A stretch of DNA of 64,000 bases from the NCBI GenBank assembly GCA_963697395.1, contig CAVONX010000021.1, positions 27,693 to 91,692 on the forward strand, read 5' to 3'. Position 1 is the first letter of the stretch, and every line of letters begins with the position of its first letter. The notes beneath the pieces are model-generated. The model ran no database searches. It was given only the letters and a program-made list of their open reading frames with translations, and was not told where the DNA came from. This document shows, piece by piece, positions 18,847 through 26,906 of this stretch. This stretch comes from an uncultured Flavobacteriaceae bacterium (lineage in GTDB: Bacteria > Bacteroidota > Bacteroidia > Flavobacteriales > Flavobacteriaceae). The translations under genes were made by a program, and so were the position numbers.

Positions 18847-20415
18847 ATGAAAACACATAGTTGTATTTTGATACTCTTAGTAATTTTAGTTTTTATGGCA
18901 TGCAATACCAAGCCGAAAGATAAAAATGAAGATTCCAAGACTCTTGAGAATGTTGAGAAGGTACAACAGGAAATCGGTTCGCCTAGCACCTTTCAAGATA
19001 TCTGGCAAAATCTGACTTTAAAACGTACGCCCGTAATTGACTCTACAAACTTTAACAATATCACGGAGGTCAAAGAATTTAATTCAGAACAAATTAAAGT
19101 ATTACAATTAGCAGAAATTTATCCAAATGTAGGTAAGGAAGGGCATTCTTATAAATTTCTGCCTTCCTATAAACTAGAATTGTCCGATGCCTACTACACT
19201 ATTGTTTTAAATGTATTCAAAGGCGAACACGAATTAGAATCTGTTTTAATTAATTATGATGTTGAGAATACACTATCACAGTATTATAATGAAGAAGGCA
19301 AATTGACCACGAATTCAGTGGTACTTGCCTATGATGAAATTGCAGAAGGGTGGTCCAGGAAACATGCTAAAATAGAACAACAGTTTATTACTGTTATTGA
19401 TGAATTTCATGGTGATACCGTCCAAATAGATACGATTAAATTTCACATTAACAAGGATGGATATATTAACGAAATTAAAACCAAGTTCAGCAGTAGTTTG
19501 AGACCAAATGAGGTCCTTACCTTAAGTTCAATCTATACGGATACCATAGAATTTTCAACCTATAATGACGATTATGATTATAGGATGATAGAAGGGAAAA
19601 AGAACGGTAAAGATGTGTCTCTAATTTATAATTGGGACTGGGACAATAATGACCAATACAATTTTAAATATGGTGATCTGTTACAAGTCGAATGGAAGAT
19701 GGACAGTATCTATTTAGCCGGAGATGGAGAAACATTAGATTTCAAAGAATGGGCGGTTGATGCAAATCGGATTTCACCAGATAAAAATGAGGTAAAATTT
19801 TTATGGAGAGGCGAAAAATTTGACGAAGAAATAAACCAGGGGGTTAGTTCAATCTTCATCAATGAAGCGTTCGTCAATTCCATTTCGGATGAAGAAAAGG
19901 CGGCATTAGGTTTTGTGGCAACCTTTATTGGTAATGAATGTTCTTGGGATGGCGGTGCTAAAAAAGACCGAAGCAACTTAAAATGTAAAATATTGACAGC
20001 TTTGGATTTGGGGTATCAATGTTCCGATACCCATTTAGGTTTTTTAAGGAATTGGTTTTCAAAAGATACCGTGGCGTTAAAGAAATTAGCTGTTTGTAGA
20101 ACGATGCCAGATGGGGCGACCGTGCAAACCACGTTTGATGAAATCAATATAATTACTAACGATGTTCAAAATACCATATCGGTTACCTACAAGGTGATTG
20201 GCATGAATATGCGGGAATCTAAAACATGGAGCTATACGCAAACCGATTACTTTGAATATACTAAGGATACCATTAAGTGGGTCGATTCAGAAAAGTCCGA
20301 GGTAAAAGAAAAAACTTCTAATGACAACCCAGACGCAAATGAACCTAAAACTACGGCTAAGGCCAATACATCTTTCGTACTATCCCGTGCCTCCGGTTGG
20401 GCAATGACCTATTGA
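18847..20415 (+). CDS. lipoprotein of unknown function (N-terminal domain shared with 15080..16387)
   Basis: 522 aa with lipobox LVILVFMAC|NTKP. The N-terminal domain is paralogous to 15080..16387. The C-terminal tail is low-complexity and acidic/basic. Confidence 0.7.
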   Translation: MKTHSCILILLVILVFMACNTKPKDKNEDSKTLENVEKVQQEIGSPSTFQDIWQNLTLKRTPVIDSTNFNNITEVKEFNSEQIKVLQLAEIYPNVGKEGHSYKFLPSYKLELSDAYYTIVLNVFKGEHELESVLINYDVENTLSQYYNEEGKLTTNSVVLAYDEIAEGWSRKHAKIEQQFITVIDEFHGDTVQIDTIKFHINKDGYINEIKTKFSSSLRPNEVLTLSSIYTDTIEFSTYNDDYDYRMIEGKKNGKDVSLIYNWDWDNNDQYNFKYGDLLQVEWKMDSIYLAGDGETLDFKEWAVDANRISPDKNEVKFLWRGEKFDEEINQGVSSIFINEAFVNSISDEEKAALGFVATFIGNECSWDGGAKKDRSNLKCKILTALDLGYQCSDTHLGFLRNWFSKDTVALKKLAVCRTMPDGATVQTTFDEINIITNDVQNTISVTYKVIGMNMRESKTWSYTQTDYFEYTKDTIKWVDSEKSEVKEKTSNDNPDANEPKTTAKANTSFVLSRASGWAMTY

Positions 20416-20459
20416 CCTCCTCCCATATTTAGGTACCGGTCATAACTAGAGAATCAGGG
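20412..20459 (+). repeat. copy 1 of a 48-nt dispersed intergenic element
   Basis: TTGACCTCCTCCCATATTTAGGTACCGGTCATAACTAGAGAATCAGGG. It matches 52706..52753 with 4 mismatches, in the same orientation. It overlaps the stop codon of 18847..20415. Confidence 0.7.
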
Positions 20460-20460
20460 G

Positions 20461-20490
20461 GAGGTCAGAGGTCAGAGGCCAGGAGGTCAC
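20461..20490 (+). repeat. imperfect tandem heptamer (GAGGTCA)n
   Basis: GAGGTCA GAGGTCA GAGGCCAG GAGGTCAC. It lies immediately 3' of the dispersed element and 150 nt upstream of the regulator gene. Confidence 0.6.
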
Positions 20491-20640
20491 AAAAGACGCC
20501 AAAAAAAGTAGCATAAAATTCAAATCGGGAATCAGCTATTTAGGTTGTTAGATTTATTTTAAGATCCTGCGTAACACCAATACTAGTATTTGACGGAAAA
20601 AGGTTTTATCTTAAATTCTTAATAGCTAGAACAATTTGAA

Positions 20641-23430
20641 TTGAGACGTATTTTTATCACCTTCCTTTTAATAACTTTTAGGGCCAATTGCCAGGAACTT
20701 CCGCCCATTCAAAATTTCTACCCTAAGGATTACAATGGCGAGAACCAAAACTGGGCTATTTCCCAATCTCCTGAAAAAATAATCTATGTAGCAAACAGCA
20801 AAGGATTATTAGAGTTTAATGGAGCAAGTTGGAAATTGTACCCTTCACCAAACGAATCGATCATGCGTTCTGTAAAAGTGGTGAACGACCGCATTTATAC
20901 GGGGTGCTTTATGGAGTTTGGTTATTGGCAGCAGAATGAATTCGGTACTTTGAACTATACGTCCTTATCTAAAAAACTAAAGATTAACCTTATTGAAGAT
21001 GAGGAATTTTGGAACATTATAAATATTGATGATTACATCGTATTTCAATCTCTAAAGCGGATATATATTTTAAATGTAAATAACGGTTCTTTAAATACGA
21101 TAGATTCCGAAAGTACCATCACCAAAATGTTCAAACTAAATGGCAAAATCTATTTTCAAAGAACTGGTGAGGGACTATTTAAAATTGAATCGGGCAAGGA
21201 TTTTTTGGTTTTTGATGATGCTATTGTAAAAAACGATGAGGTCATTAATATTTTCGGAAAGGATACCGGGCTGCTGGTTCTAAGTAAAAATAATGGTTTT
21301 TATCATCTCAATGAAGGGGCCTTGGTTGAGGCCAAAAACTTTCCGAACAAATTTTTAGCAGATTTAAGTCTGTACGATGGTATACAGCTAAATGACAAAA
21401 GTTTTGCGTTAGGTTCCATATCAAAAGGACTATTATACCTGAGTGCAGATGGGGAACTGATAAATCAAATTAATCAGGATGGGGGGTTGGCCAACAATAC
21501 GGTACTATCCCTTTTTGAAGATGTGGCCAATACATTATGGTTGGGTCTGGATTACGGGGTCGGTTATGTGAATCTTAAATCACCTTATCGAGTATTCAAC
21601 GATATCAAAGGAATCTTGGGAAGCGTTTATGCATCTGCCGTTTATAAGGGTAATCTTTACTTGGGAACAAATCAAGGATTGTTCTACAGGGAACTTGGTG
21701 AAAGTGATGGATTTGAGTTTATAAATGGGACACAAGGACAAGTTTGGTCCTTAACGGAACTTGACGGAAAGTTGATTTGTGGACATCATTCGGGCACTTT
21801 TCAAATTAAAGATGACCAAGCAACCAAAATTGCAAATATCCCGGGAACATGGAAGGTGGCCAAACTAACTAACAGGCCCAACCTATTGCTTCAAGGTAAT
21901 TATGATGGGCTCTATGTTTTGAATAAATCGGGTGATTCCTGGCAATTAAAGAATAAAATCAAAGGTTTTAACAATTCATCCAGATATTTTGAAACATTGG
22001 GCAATACTATTTTCGTGAACCACGAATATAATGGCGTTTTTGAGTTAGAGGTGGATGATGCGCTCATGGAGGTACAACAGCTTGCAAAAGATACCTTGAT
22101 AAAAGGTGCAAATTCAGGGATTGTGGCATACCACCAAAACTTATTGTATGCTTATAAAAAAGGAATTTTCAAATACAGTGAAAATGATGAAAGATTCGTC
22201 AAGGACAAGTTTTTAAGTATGGCCTTTAATGAGGACGAATATGAATCGGGTAAACTTGTGGTGGACGAAGAGGACCGTAAACTATGGATTTTTAACCAGT
22301 CCGACATAAGCTATTTAGAACCAGCAGGTTTGACGAATACATTGAAAATAGAAAAGGTGCCCCTTTCCATGGAAATACGGGATGGAATACTAGGATATGA
22401 AAATATAATTAAGCTAAATGATGTAGGCACTTATTTAATGGGAAAAACCTCAGGGTACATAACTTTTGATATAAATGAAATAAAGTCAAAAGATTTTAGT
22501 GTCTATTTGGGCGCTCTTGTGAATTTTAACAAAACGAAAGAAACGCTACTCAACAAAAAAATCAATGGTAATTTTAAAAGTACCGAAAATCATTTTAAAT
22601 TTTCTTTCTATGCCCCTGTTTACGATAAATCTTTATATACCAAGTACCAATATCGGTTAAATGGGATATACGATGACTGGAGCGATTGGTCTGAAAGGTC
22701 TCAGGTGACCTACGAAAATTTGCCCTTTGGGGAATATGTATTTCAAATCAGGGCAAAAATCGGGAATGATATTTCTAACAATACCGCCGAATATACTTTT
22801 ACCATTGCCAAACCGTGGTATATATCAAATGTTATGATTGCCCTTTATATACTGGGAGTACTATTGTTCTCATTTTTTATGCATATCATATATAAACAGT
22901 ATTACAAAAAGCAACGTCAAAAATTGATAGATAAGAGCAAACGTGATTTGGAGCTCAGGGAAGTTCAGAATGAAAAGGAAATCATAAAAATTAAAAACGA
23001 AAAATTGGAGATAGAGAATAAAAGCAAGAGAAAGGAATTGGCTGCATCCACCATGAGCATTATCAAAAAGAACGAACTACTTACCCAAATAAAGAATCAA
23101 TTAAAAAAGATTGAAGATAGAGATGGAATCAATAAGGTGATTAAAGTAATTGATAAGAACCTTGATCAAAACGATGATTGGGAAATGTTTAAAGAAGCCT
23201 TTAATAATTCGGAAAGTGAGTTTTTACGAAAAATAAAGTTCCTCCATCCTGAATTATCGCCTAACGACCTTAAATTATGTGCATACCTAAGATTGAATCT
23301 ATCTTCAAAAGAAATTGCCCAGTTGTTGAACATTACGCTAAAAAGTGTCGAAATCAAGCGTTATCGTCTTCGTAAGAAATTAGATTTAAAGCGCGAGGAT
23401 AATTTGGTCAACTATATATTGGAATTATAG
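20641..23430 (+). CDS. membrane-spanning one-component regulator: periplasmic beta-propeller/Y_Y_Y sensor, TM helix and LuxR-type HTH
   Basis: 929 aa. The track uses a TTG start, and there is no nearby in-frame ATG. The N-terminus is signal-like and is followed by two-component-regulator-propeller-type repeats. A Y_Y_Y region is present (YQYRLNGIYDDWSDWSERSQVTYENLPFGEYVFQIRA), then one TM helix (VMIALYILGVLLFSFFMHII) and a coiled coil. The C-terminus is a LuxR-type HTH (SSKEIAQLLNITLKSVEIKRYRLRKKL). There is no kinase or receiver domain. Confidence 0.85.
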   Translation: MRRIFITFLLITFRANCQELPPIQNFYPKDYNGENQNWAISQSPEKIIYVANSKGLLEFNGASWKLYPSPNESIMRSVKVVNDRIYTGCFMEFGYWQQNEFGTLNYTSLSKKLKINLIEDEEFWNIINIDDYIVFQSLKRIYILNVNNGSLNTIDSESTITKMFKLNGKIYFQRTGEGLFKIESGKDFLVFDDAIVKNDEVINIFGKDTGLLVLSKNNGFYHLNEGALVEAKNFPNKFLADLSLYDGIQLNDKSFALGSISKGLLYLSADGELINQINQDGGLANNTVLSLFEDVANTLWLGLDYGVGYVNLKSPYRVFNDIKGILGSVYASAVYKGNLYLGTNQGLFYRELGESDGFEFINGTQGQVWSLTELDGKLICGHHSGTFQIKDDQATKIANIPGTWKVAKLTNRPNLLLQGNYDGLYVLNKSGDSWQLKNKIKGFNNSSRYFETLGNTIFVNHEYNGVFELEVDDALMEVQQLAKDTLIKGANSGIVAYHQNLLYAYKKGIFKYSENDERFVKDKFLSMAFNEDEYESGKLVVDEEDRKLWIFNQSDISYLEPAGLTNTLKIEKVPLSMEIRDGILGYENIIKLNDVGTYLMGKTSGYITFDINEIKSKDFSVYLGALVNFNKTKETLLNKKINGNFKSTENHFKFSFYAPVYDKSLYTKYQYRLNGIYDDWSDWSERSQVTYENLPFGEYVFQIRAKIGNDISNNTAEYTFTIAKPWYISNVMIALYILGVLLFSFFMHIIYKQYYKKQRQKLIDKSKRDLELREVQNEKEIIKIKNEKLEIENKSKRKELAASTMSIIKKNELLTQIKNQLKKIEDRDGINKVIKVIDKNLDQNDDWEMFKEAFNNSESEFLRKIKFLHPELSPNDLKLCAYLRLNLSSKEIAQLLNITLKSVEIKRYRLRKKLDLKREDNLVNYILEL

Positions 23431-23454
23431 GGAACTTAACAAAGTCTTTTTCAG

Positions 23455-23489
23455 CCTTAACATCACCTGTTTACACCTTAACATTACCT
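23455..23489 (+). promoter_or_regulatory. direct repeat CCTTAACATYACCT x2 with 21-bp phasing (candidate operator)
   Basis: CCTTAACATCACCT (23455-23468) and CCTTAACATTACCT (23476-23489). A third partial copy, TTAACATTCC, lies at 23536-23545. All are in the 263-nt gap between the regulator gene and the first glycan-locus gene. Confidence 0.35.
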
Positions 23490-23693
23490 CTACAAGTTAA
23501 GTTTGTTGACCATAAAGAGTTTGTCAAAAACTTTTTTAACATTCCATCTAATCGTTAATACGGCTTACTGCTAAAGCGTTTTCGAATATCATTTTAACAA
23601 AAAAAGCAACCTTTTCTTACGATGTAGGTTTTTTGTAGTGGTATATTTTATTGTATTCATAATATATATTCGGAAATTTAGAGATAGAAAAAA

Positions 23694-26600
23694 ATGAATA
23701 TGGACACAATTCTTAGAAAACTACTAAAGCCACTATTTCTGCTCTTGGCAGTAAGTTTATCCGGGCAGTCGGCCAATGTTTCCGTTGTAAGTAATGAAGA
23801 GGGAATGAAATTGGTTGTAAACGGAGAAGATTTTATGATTAACGGTATGAATTGGGATTATATACCCATAGGAACAAATACCGTAAATGCCAATTTTTGG
23901 ACAAAGTCAGACGATGTGATTAAGGCCGGTCTTGATACCGAGATGTCACTTTTAAAAAACATGGGCGTAAATGTAATACGCCAGTACACTGGTGTTCCAG
24001 CAAAGTGGATTAAATATATCTACGAAAACTATGGTATTTATACCATGCTTAATCATTCCTTTGGGCGTTACGGATTAACCTTGGATGGGGTTTGGACACC
24101 GGTAACCATTTATGATGATGAAAAAACGGCAGCTTTTCTAATGGCCGAGATGGAAGAGTTGGTCAATGGTTATAAGAACACGCCAGGACTACTCATGTAT
24201 CTCCTGGGTAATGAAAATAATTACGGATTATTTTGGGCGGGTGCAGAAACCGAAGATTTCCCCGATGATGAAGAAGAAAAGAATTTCATAGGTGAAAAAC
24301 GTGGACGCCCCATGTATAGACTTATGAACGAAGCTGCAAAATTGATGAAGGCGGCTGACCCTTCCCACCCGGTTGCCATATGTAACGGGGATGTGCTCTT
24401 TATAGACATTATTGCAGAAGAATGTAAAGACGTGGATATCTATGGAACAAATACATACCGTGGGGCCTCATTCGGTGATATGTTTCAAGTGGTAAAGGAT
24501 AAGCTGAATAAGCCTATAATGTTTACAGAGTTTGGGGCCGATGCCTTCAACGCTATTGATAATAAGGAAGATCAATACTCACAAGCATATTATATGGTTG
24601 AAAACTGGAAAGAAATCTATGAAAATGCAGCAGGCCTGGGTAAAGCTGGCAACTCTTTAGGTGGATTTACATTTCAGTTTAGTGACGGTTGGTGGAAATT
24701 TGGTTTTGATGATCGGAAAAACGCTGATGTTCAAGATAATAATGCATCATGGTCCAATGGGGGGTATGCTAGGGATTTAGCTTTCGAAGGGGCCAACAAT
24801 ATGAATGAGGAATGGTTTGGTATTTGTGCAAAAGGGCAAACCGACCCCAGAGGTTTGTACGAATTATATCCTAGAGCGGCCTATTATGCCCTTAAGCAGG
24901 CACACCAGCTGAATCCTTATGAAGAACGTGTCGATGCTAACTTCGTTAGAAACTATTTTGCCAATATTAGCATAACGGATGCGGTGTTAAAGGCACGTGG
25001 CGATAAGGCCGCGTTAACTTCGGAGAAGAGTGATTTACTTCGTATCAGTAACCTTCAGGCAAAATTTTCAACCTTTAGTACAGGAGGCAACCTTCTTACC
25101 ACACCAGATAATGCGAATCCAGATGACCCCAATACCTTTCCTAATCAATTGGGTTTTGACCGTATGGAATCTTACTTTATAGGTGTGGAAGGAAAACCGG
25201 CGCCAAATATGAGGGCAGAAGTAAACGTCAATGTTGTTGGGAACGTCGCCCAAAATCCCATCAATGAAATTTTTTATGAAAACAATTCCCGTCCTTTAGA
25301 GGTAAATACCGATCAAGGAAATGTGCTCGTACAAGATGTAAACAGAATACGGGTGTATCAAGCGGAATTTGAATGGAATGAAAAGGAATTTGACTTAAGG
25401 GGTTTTTATAGGACAGGTCATTATCATTGGGGTTATGAAGGAGATTTTTTCGGTTTCTATCCAGAGGCCAATTATGGTCCAAATCTCGACATCTATAATG
25501 GCGAGATCTTAGGAATGGAGGTTGATGGTAAAGGTGCCCTAAAGGGGTTGAAAGCGGCAATCGGGCCTCAGTTATGGTGGGGTGCAAATCCTACTATGCT
25601 GTTCAAATACACTACCCACCTTGGCAAGTTCGGTGTAACGGGTATTTATCACAGAGATTTTGAAAAGGACGTTGTTTTGGATGAAAATGGCAGACGTACT
25701 TTAGACATTAATCAAACCCGTAGTGGTGTGATACCGCCATGGCCGACGGAACGAGCCGCTTTAGCCATAGAAAGAGAGTTTGGAAAATTTGGAGTTTCCC
25801 TAGGGGGTATTTGGAGCGGAAATCCATTAAACGGTATCTCATTTCAAGATGTTCGGGGTACCCCAGGTAACTACGTTGTTTTCGAAGATAGAATTCAATC
25901 AACGGACAATTGGGGCGGTAAGGCTAAAATAACATACGAAGGGGGCAAATTTAATTGGTATGGCCAAGCAGCGGCCATGGGGCTCATTGCCAATGGTGGT
26001 GCAGACCAAACGCTCACCTTTACGGGATGGAAATTGAAAGATACCGGAAGCGGTAATCAAATGAACATATTGTCTGGCTTTACATATTCTACTGGGAATT
26101 TTCAAATTGCACCCAATTTTTTATGGCAAAAGCCATTAGTAGATGCCATGCCAAATGATGTTCAAGGGCCTGGACGACTAAGGAACATTATTGACGATCC
26201 CTTTTCTGTTAGGGCTAACCGGGAAACCGTGGGTGGTGAACTGTTGCTGACTTTTGATCCAACCCCTGGTACATGGATGTATGAGTGGGATAACGACAGG
26301 TCAGAAGATGCTAAGTTTGCCATGAATTTAGGTTTTGTATATCGTCATCTACCAACAACACAAGATGCGCATATCGGATTCTTGGCCAATCGTACTTTTT
26401 TCGCCTTTCCAAATTCGGCACCAGCGGAAGACCTTTGGGAAGTGCATACCAGGATGGTTTCAAAACCCATGTCAGATTTAGGTTTGATAGCAAACTTATA
26501 TTATGGCAACGGACAGGCTAATGGGGACAGTGATCGCTTGATAAGGCGTTTTGGGGGAGATGTACGCATGTTGTACAAAAAATGGAAGGTACAATACACG

Positions 26601-26894
26601 CAAAAGATTAACGACTGGGGACCTTTTGATTATCACCGAGATTTCAACCTAACCTATCCTGTACAATTGATGCTGGATGTATCTACGACGCTTGGCAAAC
26701 CAGATTGGTTTATTTTACCTAGTACCCAAGTGGGAATAAGGGGTACATGGCGATCGTTGGATGAATTTTCTCCGAGATATGCTCCAAATAACGCTTTAGA
26801 ATTTGCCACGGAACCCATTTTAAGTCCGGTTGGGTTTGGAAATGGCAGCGAGTGGGAAATAATGACGTATGTGCACATCAATATCGGGAAATAA
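23694..26894 (+). CDS. secreted clan GH-A (beta/alpha)8 glycosidase fused to a ~640-aa putative outer-membrane beta-barrel
   Basis: 1066 aa with a signal peptide (LFLLLAVSLSGQSANV). The N-terminal ~400 aa carry a clan-A acid/base motif LLGNENNYG and nucleophile motif IMFTEFGADAF. The C-terminal half is Gly/Asn/Tyr/Trp-rich with many alternating amphipathic strands, up to the last residues (EWEIMTYVHINIGK). The GH family is unresolved by eye. Confidence 0.75.
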   Translation: MNMDTILRKLLKPLFLLLAVSLSGQSANVSVVSNEEGMKLVVNGEDFMINGMNWDYIPIGTNTVNANFWTKSDDVIKAGLDTEMSLLKNMGVNVIRQYTGVPAKWIKYIYENYGIYTMLNHSFGRYGLTLDGVWTPVTIYDDEKTAAFLMAEMEELVNGYKNTPGLLMYLLGNENNYGLFWAGAETEDFPDDEEEKNFIGEKRGRPMYRLMNEAAKLMKAADPSHPVAICNGDVLFIDIIAEECKDVDIYGTNTYRGASFGDMFQVVKDKLNKPIMFTEFGADAFNAIDNKEDQYSQAYYMVENWKEIYENAAGLGKAGNSLGGFTFQFSDGWWKFGFDDRKNADVQDNNASWSNGGYARDLAFEGANNMNEEWFGICAKGQTDPRGLYELYPRAAYYALKQAHQLNPYEERVDANFVRNYFANISITDAVLKARGDKAALTSEKSDLLRISNLQAKFSTFSTGGNLLTTPDNANPDDPNTFPNQLGFDRMESYFIGVEGKPAPNMRAEVNVNVVGNVAQNPINEIFYENNSRPLEVNTDQGNVLVQDVNRIRVYQAEFEWNEKEFDLRGFYRTGHYHWGYEGDFFGFYPEANYGPNLDIYNGEILGMEVDGKGALKGLKAAIGPQLWWGANPTMLFKYTTHLGKFGVTGIYHRDFEKDVVLDENGRRTLDINQTRSGVIPPWPTERAALAIEREFGKFGVSLGGIWSGNPLNGISFQDVRGTPGNYVVFEDRIQSTDNWGGKAKITYEGGKFNWYGQAAAMGLIANGGADQTLTFTGWKLKDTGSGNQMNILSGFTYSTGNFQIAPNFLWQKPLVDAMPNDVQGPGRLRNIIDDPFSVRANRETVGGELLLTFDPTPGTWMYEWDNDRSEDAKFAMNLGFVYRHLPTTQDAHIGFLANRTFFAFPNSAPAEDLWEVHTRMVSKPMSDLGLIANLYYGNGQANGDSDRLIRRFGGDVRMLYKKWKVQYTQKINDWGPFDYHRDFNLTYPVQLMLDVSTTLGKPDWFILPSTQVGIRGTWRSLDEFSPRYAPNNALEFATEPILSPVGFGNGSEWEIMTYVHINIGK

Positions 26895-26906
26895 AAAGAT
26901 AGTAAA

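Noticed and set aside
25068-26493. Several 60-108-aa minus-strand ORFs inside 23694..26894, and similar ones inside 37987..40362 and 60559..63885
   Set aside because: They are antisense or out-of-frame to long ORFs with strong family motifs. Their translations are Arg/His/Pro-rich nonsense typical of shadow frames.
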